A stretch of DNA of 64,000 bases from contig OX597815.1 in assembly GCA_951406725.2 (NCBI GenBank), forward strand, positions 72,292,001 to 72,356,000, given 5' to 3'. Positions 57,375-64,000 of this stretch are shown here, one piece after another. This stretch comes from Octopus vulgaris. Taxonomy: Eukaryota. Position 1 is the stretch's first letter; each line of letters begins with the position of its first letter. A program made the translations under genes and the position numbers. The notes under the pieces are model-generated. The model was not told the DNA's origin. It was given only the letters and a program-made list of their open reading frames with translations, and searched no databases.

Positions 57375-59388
57375 TAGATATGTTTCTTTATTACAAAGTA
57401 GAGCTTTTCTTTATGGGGAGAAAAGAAGAAAAAAAAAGTGGAGTAGGTTTTCGATCAAAAGGGATCGTAAAAGGGAAAGAAAAGTAAAAGAAAAGGAACG
57501 AAGAGAAAAAAAGAAGAAAAAACGATCAATAGGGATCGTGTATCAGAAAAATGTCATGATGTAAAGTGTAAAGGGGGGAAGCAGATGAGGTTTATCCGTG
57601 GGAAGAAAAGCCTACGGAAAAGACCACGGTAACCTCGGTCATTATTGTTACATGTTACCACATTTGTTTGCAAGTAGGTAACCCTCTGTTTTAAATTTCC
57701 GGGTTCATAGGATTATGCTCAAGGTGGCTTCGTCATTCATACATGCCATCCTTGCTACATTCACCCATCTTTTTTTAAAACATTCACTAGACAAAACTTG
57801 CCTCTCTACTCTCACTTTCCTCTTCAAGTGATACTTGAAGAAGTTGATGAGAGATTGACCAGAGAGGAAAGTTTTTGTCTCCAATCCTTTCAGACGCGTC
57901 CACCAGATACATTCTTTCGCCATAGCCACAAGAATGATGAAAATAGCTCTTCCTTCTCGTTAGAAAGAAGGAGGCGTGACAATATTGACTCGGCTGATAA
58001 ACCGACTCGTGCAAAACGGTTTCGTCGCTCTGACCGCATCTCGGGCAGGTCGGCCCCGTATTTCTCGAGCCGTGTCTGTAGAGCTTATCCCGAACGGGTG
58101 GCGCTTCTCGGTAGCACTGCCGGGCCAGGGATCTCTGGAAGTTTTCCATGGGCCCTGGCCCGAAAGTCGTCCTGAACAGGCGGGTCAGGTATTCCTCGTC
58201 GACGTCCAGGTTCGCCCCGAGCTCGTCGTCGTACCTCCCCTCCACTAATCCCCCATTGAATGCTTTGGTTGTGTTGAAGTCACTCAAGGTCGACCCGGGA
58301 CGGCATAGTTGCTTGAGAGCAACGCGATACTTGCGGTGCCATTCGCCCTTTCTCGGCCTCTTTTTGATCCACGACTGCAGTTCAGTCATGGAGATGAGTT
58401 GCGGGAAAGTGTGCCTCACAAACGGCGACCACACCTGTTCACCGTCGTCTACGTAGAACCTGAGATGTTGCAGTCTCAGCGCGTGTCTGCGCATCATCAA
58501 CCACGGCATGTCCAGTCCTCCTTTTAACGGGTGTTGACAGCAAATGGATCGCCTGACCATCGGGACGCATCCTTTCCACAAGAAGCGTGGAAGTTTGGTG
58601 ATGGTAGGGTCGGGACAAGACACGGCGGTCAGGCAGTAGTAGATGACGAACGCGATGTAGATGTTCGCCACCTCCGCCCGACCTTTTAGGGACAGTTTCC
58701 TCTCGGCCCATTGCCGGGCGAGAGTGACCACCCTACTCGTTATCTCGTTCCAGTTCTTCTCCATTTGGAGGTCCGGACCAAACCAGACCCCGAGCAACTC
58801 GACCGGACCGTCGGTCCAGCGTCCCACGACGGAGGCACTGGTGGACGTCATGGGCTTGCTTCTCCACGTGCCGAACCGCAAGCCCCCTGACTTTTCCCGG
58901 TTGATTTTCGCTCCTGCCACCGCTTCGTAGTCTTTCAGTGTCTCGCAGACCAGCTCGATGTGCTCGTGGTTAGATACTATGACGGTGACGTCGTCCGCGT
59001 ATGCTGACACGCTTGTCCCGCATCCTAATTCTCGCGGGATGCCCCTCAGTGTTGCCAGCTTCCGCAATAATGGCTCGAGAGTCAATACGTAGAGAAGCGA
59101 CGAGGAGGGGCATCCCTGACAGACCGAACGTGCAATGTCGAAAGGTCTCGATAGATGTCCATTTACGCGAATTACCGAACGGATACCTCTGTACAAAGCG
59201 GCTATCCAGTCGCGGAAGACGGGACCGAAACCAGCCGCTCTGAGGACAGCCTCCAAGTATCGATGGTCTACCCTATCGAAAGTTTTCGATTGATCCAAAT
59301 TGATCAGGGCCCCACCCATGCCAGGTTCCTTAACTACCCTGTCTATGATGTAGCGCATCAGATGGAGGTTGTCATGAATGCTCCGGCC
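57375..59388 (-). mobile_element. 5'-truncated Tx1/L1-clade LINE (RT plus C-terminal Zn motif), relatively young
   Basis: About 1.6 kb of open frame with 'GRSIHDN', 'NLDQSKTFDRVDH', 'QGCPSS', 'YADDVT' and 'CPRCGQSDETVLH'. 3' UTR with AATAAA (57387-57392). GATA repeats at both ends. Confidence 0.93.
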
Positions 59389-59462
<74 letters not shown>

Positions 59463-59569
59463 CTGGAGCAAGCAAAGAAACAGATTGGCAGACAGGTAGA
59501 CAAACAGACTGACTGATAGCTAACTTATTCGTAGCCCGCTGGCTTTTCGCAACATCACTGGCTGCTTGG

Positions 59570-59820
59570 GCTCTTGCTTCAGCCATTGGACTGCAGTAAT
59601 GCTGAGGCACCGTTCTGAAGGATTTAGTCAAACAAATCGATCGCAGTAGTACTTATTTTATTTTTAAAGTCTGCTACTTATTTTATCGGTTTCTTTTGCC
59701 GAACCACTCACAGATTATTGGCCGACCGGGGACTACGATAGAAGACACTTATCCAAGATGCCGTGCCGTAGGACTGAAGCCAAAACCATGTGATTGAAAA
59801 GTTAGCTCCTTAACCCTACA
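59570..59820 (-). mobile_element. SINE family A, internally deleted
   Basis: ttagtcaaacaaatcga...ttttgccgaacc joined to gaagacacttatccaagatgcc. Confidence 0.7.
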
Positions 59821-60054
59821 GTAATTTTCTTCCCTATCTCAATATACACTAGTTAATCAACTGAGAATCAAACATTGTTTGAATATATCATTAGCAAGTT
59901 CTTCATTAACTGATTAAATGAAACCAACTTCCTTAGTGGCATACCTAATGAGTTTTCGGCTTTCCGGCTCAACTTTATCACAGTCTGATACATAACTCAT
60001 AGGCCACATATGCACTGCATAGCCTCGTTGATGGTTATGTTATTGTCTGAGACA

Positions 60055-60560
60055 TTCCTGCAATAACTGACAAGGTAAGGCATAGAGGATTGCTTCAGAA
60101 ACTGACCTCCTATGGTATATCGAACCTAATCTTTTCTACCGTTAAATCATTCCTGGTGGAGAAAAACCTGAACGTTGAAATCAGTAAACAGTTATTCCCT
60201 GACATTTATCAAATCAATGAATGCAGGTATACTCCAAGGATCTGTTCTGAGACGTAAACTCTTTCTTTCGTTTATAAATCATTTAATACCTGAGAAACTA
60301 TTCTGGTCTTTACTTATCTCCAAGAACCACACACTTGAATCAAGGAGAAATATCTTTTAAGTAATCAATTTGGGATCGAGCCATGGACAATCATATTAAC
60401 ATTTAGTACTACAAAAACTGACCTCACATCTTTACACCACAAACATTAAATGGTAGTTACAATAATGGACTCGTTCTGCTGTTTGAAAATGTTCTAAACA
60501 CCTGTATTTTTATTGCATTCCTACAAGTGCCAGATGGGATACTGCTCGCCTATTTGTGCT
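60055..60560 (+). mobile_element. CR1/L2-like RT fragment
   Basis: 'DKVRHRGLLQKLTSYGI' and 'NAGILQGSVL...LFLSFINHL'. Confidence 0.7.
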
Positions 60561-60629
60561 ACATGAAATTGTATTTGTTACCTGGAATTATATTTTTTTT
60601 AATTTATTCTGCAGAACAATGATCTTTAT

Positions 60630-60775
60630 GTTGTGGGTTCAAATCCCGCTGAGGTCAACTTCACCTTTCGTCCTTCCGACATCGATAAAATAAAGTCCTA
60701 ATCAAGTATTGCGATCAACGCAATCGATTAAACCCTTACCTTCAACATTGCTGGCGCTGTGTCTAAATTAGAAAC
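60630..60775 (+). mobile_element. SINE family B, diverged
   Basis: gggttcaaatcccgctgaggtcaacttcacctttcgtccttcc. Confidence 0.75.
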
Positions 60776-62254
60776 GATTCTTCCTCCCCTTCGTCACCTT
60801 CCTCTTCTCCTCTTTCTTCTTTTCCTCTTTTTTCTCGTCTTCTTTGTGCTTTTCTTCTTTTACTTCGTCCTTTTCTACGTTCTCTTTTTTTCTTTATTCC
60901 TCCTCTGCTCTTTCTTCTTTTATTCCACCTGTCCTTCGTTTCCTTAACGATCACGCCACAACGTAAGATTTTGTTGCGCATTTAACACTAGCCAATCCAC
61001 TTTCGCCATTAGTCCCTGTCCGCACCAAGACCAGTAGCTTCATTAAATCAAACTTTGCATCTGGCTAGATCCTCATTAGTTTATAAACCTTCAGACGTCC
61101 TTGTATGAGCCGCTTTAATCATTCTAGAAACCTAGATATATAGTTATATTAATTAAAAGTTTATGTTCTCAGAGTAGATGGGTAGTTCGGTAAAGCCACG
61201 AAAAACACTGCTTACGTGTGTGTGTGTGTGTGTGTGTGTGTGTATTATGCCTTTGTAAATAACGATATCATTGGACATTACTTGTTGCCGTTTAGCAGTA
61301 GATCTGCTCTGATTGCATTATCTTTTGATGAAAGGCGCTTCCCGTAGTGACCATCCCGTCTTTTTTTCTTTGTATATCAAGGACTAAACTGTCTGATGTG
61401 TCTTTCCGTTTTTGTAGATATATTTTTTTTAAAAAAAAGACACGCGGATGTATTGAAGGAAGATTTAGTTGCTTAATCATTGTAAAAGAGTTTTACCACC
61501 GACACAGTGCCAGCCACCGCCCCCCCCCCCACCACCACCACCACCGCACCGCCTCCACCACCACCGCCGCCGCCGCCGCCGCCAGCACCATCACCACCAC
61601 CACCACCACCACCACTACCCTCCAGCTACAGCAGTAATGAGCAAATCCACGGATGAAAAAAGGGTTCTAGTTAAATGATAAAGATAAAAAAATGAACGTC
61701 TTCCAAGTTTGAGAAGAAAAATAAAAGGACTCTTCAAAGCCACAGATCAAAGAAAAGCTGACCAAACTCGAAGAATAAGGGAACAATTTATTTACAGATA
61801 TCGAAATACAGTGTATATCAGAAGAAAACAGAAATATCTATGCATATGTGTATAATACACAAACACATTATAAATAACGTTTGTGTGAGTGTATGTGTGC
61901 GTGTGTGAGTGTGTGTGTGTGAGTGTGTGTGTGTGTGAATTAATTGAATGACAAGGAACAAGAAGGGATTACGTAATCAACCTTGTTAAGTTACAACTGT
62001 TTCTTCTATAAGCTGTGCATCGTCCGTCTTATAGCGACTTCGGAATCTTTAATATAAAGCGTGTGCGTTTATTTCGAAAAGTATTTTAGTATATAGAAAA
62101 GGTTACCTTCGAAATGGTAAATATATATATTTGTATTTATCATTTTGAAAGTAACTTGTTTGCTTGTCATTCAATTAATTTATATCATGTTCTGTAACTT
62201 GACTAATGCATCATTTTGATACATATGTATAATGGAATTCTAACATGTACTTTC

Positions 62255-62795
<541 letters not shown>

Positions 62796-62864
62796 TTTAT
62801 TTATTTTCAAGATCTAATTGAAACGATGTAATTTTAATTGTAAGGGCACCAAGTTAAGGTCGGG

Positions 62865-64000
62865 AATAACATATCCGAGTATCAACAGTATATATGGAAA
62901 CTCGCGCATATATTAATATTTATACGGATAAACTCTGTTGCCTTGAAAAGTATATAAAAATGGAAAGTTGTGGTCCGAAATAAACCACTTCGACCTTGTA
63001 AACCACGGATTGATTTAAAGGACCATAAATATAACTTTAGAGACAGCTTATTTGTCCGGCTTATCTGCCCAACAAGATCTGACATTGTACGATTGAGCAG
63101 AACCTTTTTAGACAATATTATTCCTTATTTAATCCCAATTTTATCATTCATATTATGGTCCAGTACAAGTGAAGTCATACACTGGTTTTCCTCTATAAGT
63201 AATAAGTGTAAGTACTCCTTTTTACAATTTGATATAAACTCATATTACTCCAGCATATCTCCAATCTTTTAAATAAGGCCCTTATATTTGCTAGAGATAA
63301 TTCTCCACTCTCTACGGGTCAAATATATATCATTTTGTTAGCTACACGAACTGTTATAGAATTCTAGGTAAGTTGTGGATTAGGTGTGATACCTCGGATA
63401 ATTTTGATATAACAATGGAATCCAGTGACTGTCCAAGTCACTGATCTCATTGGTATATGTCTCCTGTATTACCTCAATGATTATATCCAAAACTACATGG
63501 TGGTATCGAAAAAACTATGAAGAATTTCTTTAAAAATAACAACATAGAAATAATTTTGAACATAAAGCAAAAGCTGCTAATTTCCTTGTTGCAACCTGGA
63601 CCTTAAATTGGGCTTATATTACCCTAATAGAAAACTTTCGGCGGTCACTACCTATATAAATTACCTGCATAATTAAGTCTTTAATAACGGGTATTTCGAC
63701 TTGAATTTCGCAACTTTCTACTTGTGTAGGAATATTCAATGCATATGCCCACATCGAAACAGATGACGTATTGACTACATAATCTGGTATAAGCCACCTT
63801 GAAATTTTGCAGCCACTACTAAGATCTCCGAAAGTTTGTTTAGTTTATTAGAAAAAAATTACCCCCTTCTAACAAGTACCACCAAATATTTTATAAAAGG
63901 AAAATTAGTGTTTCTTACACAACCCTTCCTCATCCAGGGACAATAATGGCAGGTTTTAATTGGCGTAATATTATGTTAGCCGAGAATCATTATCCGAATG
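62865..64000 (+). mobile_element. Penelope-like element reverse transcriptase pseudogene
   Basis: 'LKDHKYNF...RLICPTRSD...SRTFLD...WSSTSEVIHWF...FLQFDINSYYSSIS', then 'NFDITMESSD...QVTDLIG' and 'RKISVSYTTLP'. These match recalled PLE RT motifs and are frameshifted. Confidence 0.85.

Noticed and set aside
59389-59631. N-terminal 80 aa of the 614-aa RT ORF
   Set aside because: It runs through (GATA)n and a SINE remnant. The LINE is 5'-truncated near 59388.
61347-61678. Poly-H/P/A/T ORFs resembling a transcription-factor exon
   Set aside because: They derive from CAC/CGC triplet tracts with no recognisable domain or supported splice structure.

Overview
AT-rich eukaryotic non-genic DNA, either a gene desert or a giant intron. 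The SINE families and microsatellite load suggest an octopus or other coleoid genome (inference from recalled repeat sequences). No intact host protein-coding gene is visible. Nearly all listed ORFs are microsatellite translation artefacts, and the rest are decayed transposon proteins. The window holds three tRNA-derived SINE families (over 20 copies), RTE, CR1/L2, Tx1/L1 and R4-like LINE fragments, a Ty3/gypsy pol relic abutting a hAT (BED-finger) transposase, two mariner relics, a non-autonomous Helitron, and Penelope-like element (PLE) ORF relics. The most striking signal is a set of head-to-head foldback elements (0.1-0.55 kb) in or near microsatellites, several carrying minimal type I hammerhead ribozyme motifs (6207-6240 minus, 32195-32281, 43119-43193). 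Related signals are a 3-copy hammerhead family with a variant core, a recurrent stem-GAAA-CUGAUGA motif with a fixed 27-30 nt offset in CT-rich terminal-repeat-like elements, and a decayed HDV-like ribozyme at an RTE 5' end. All RNA folds were read by eye and are untested. Element boundaries are approximate.
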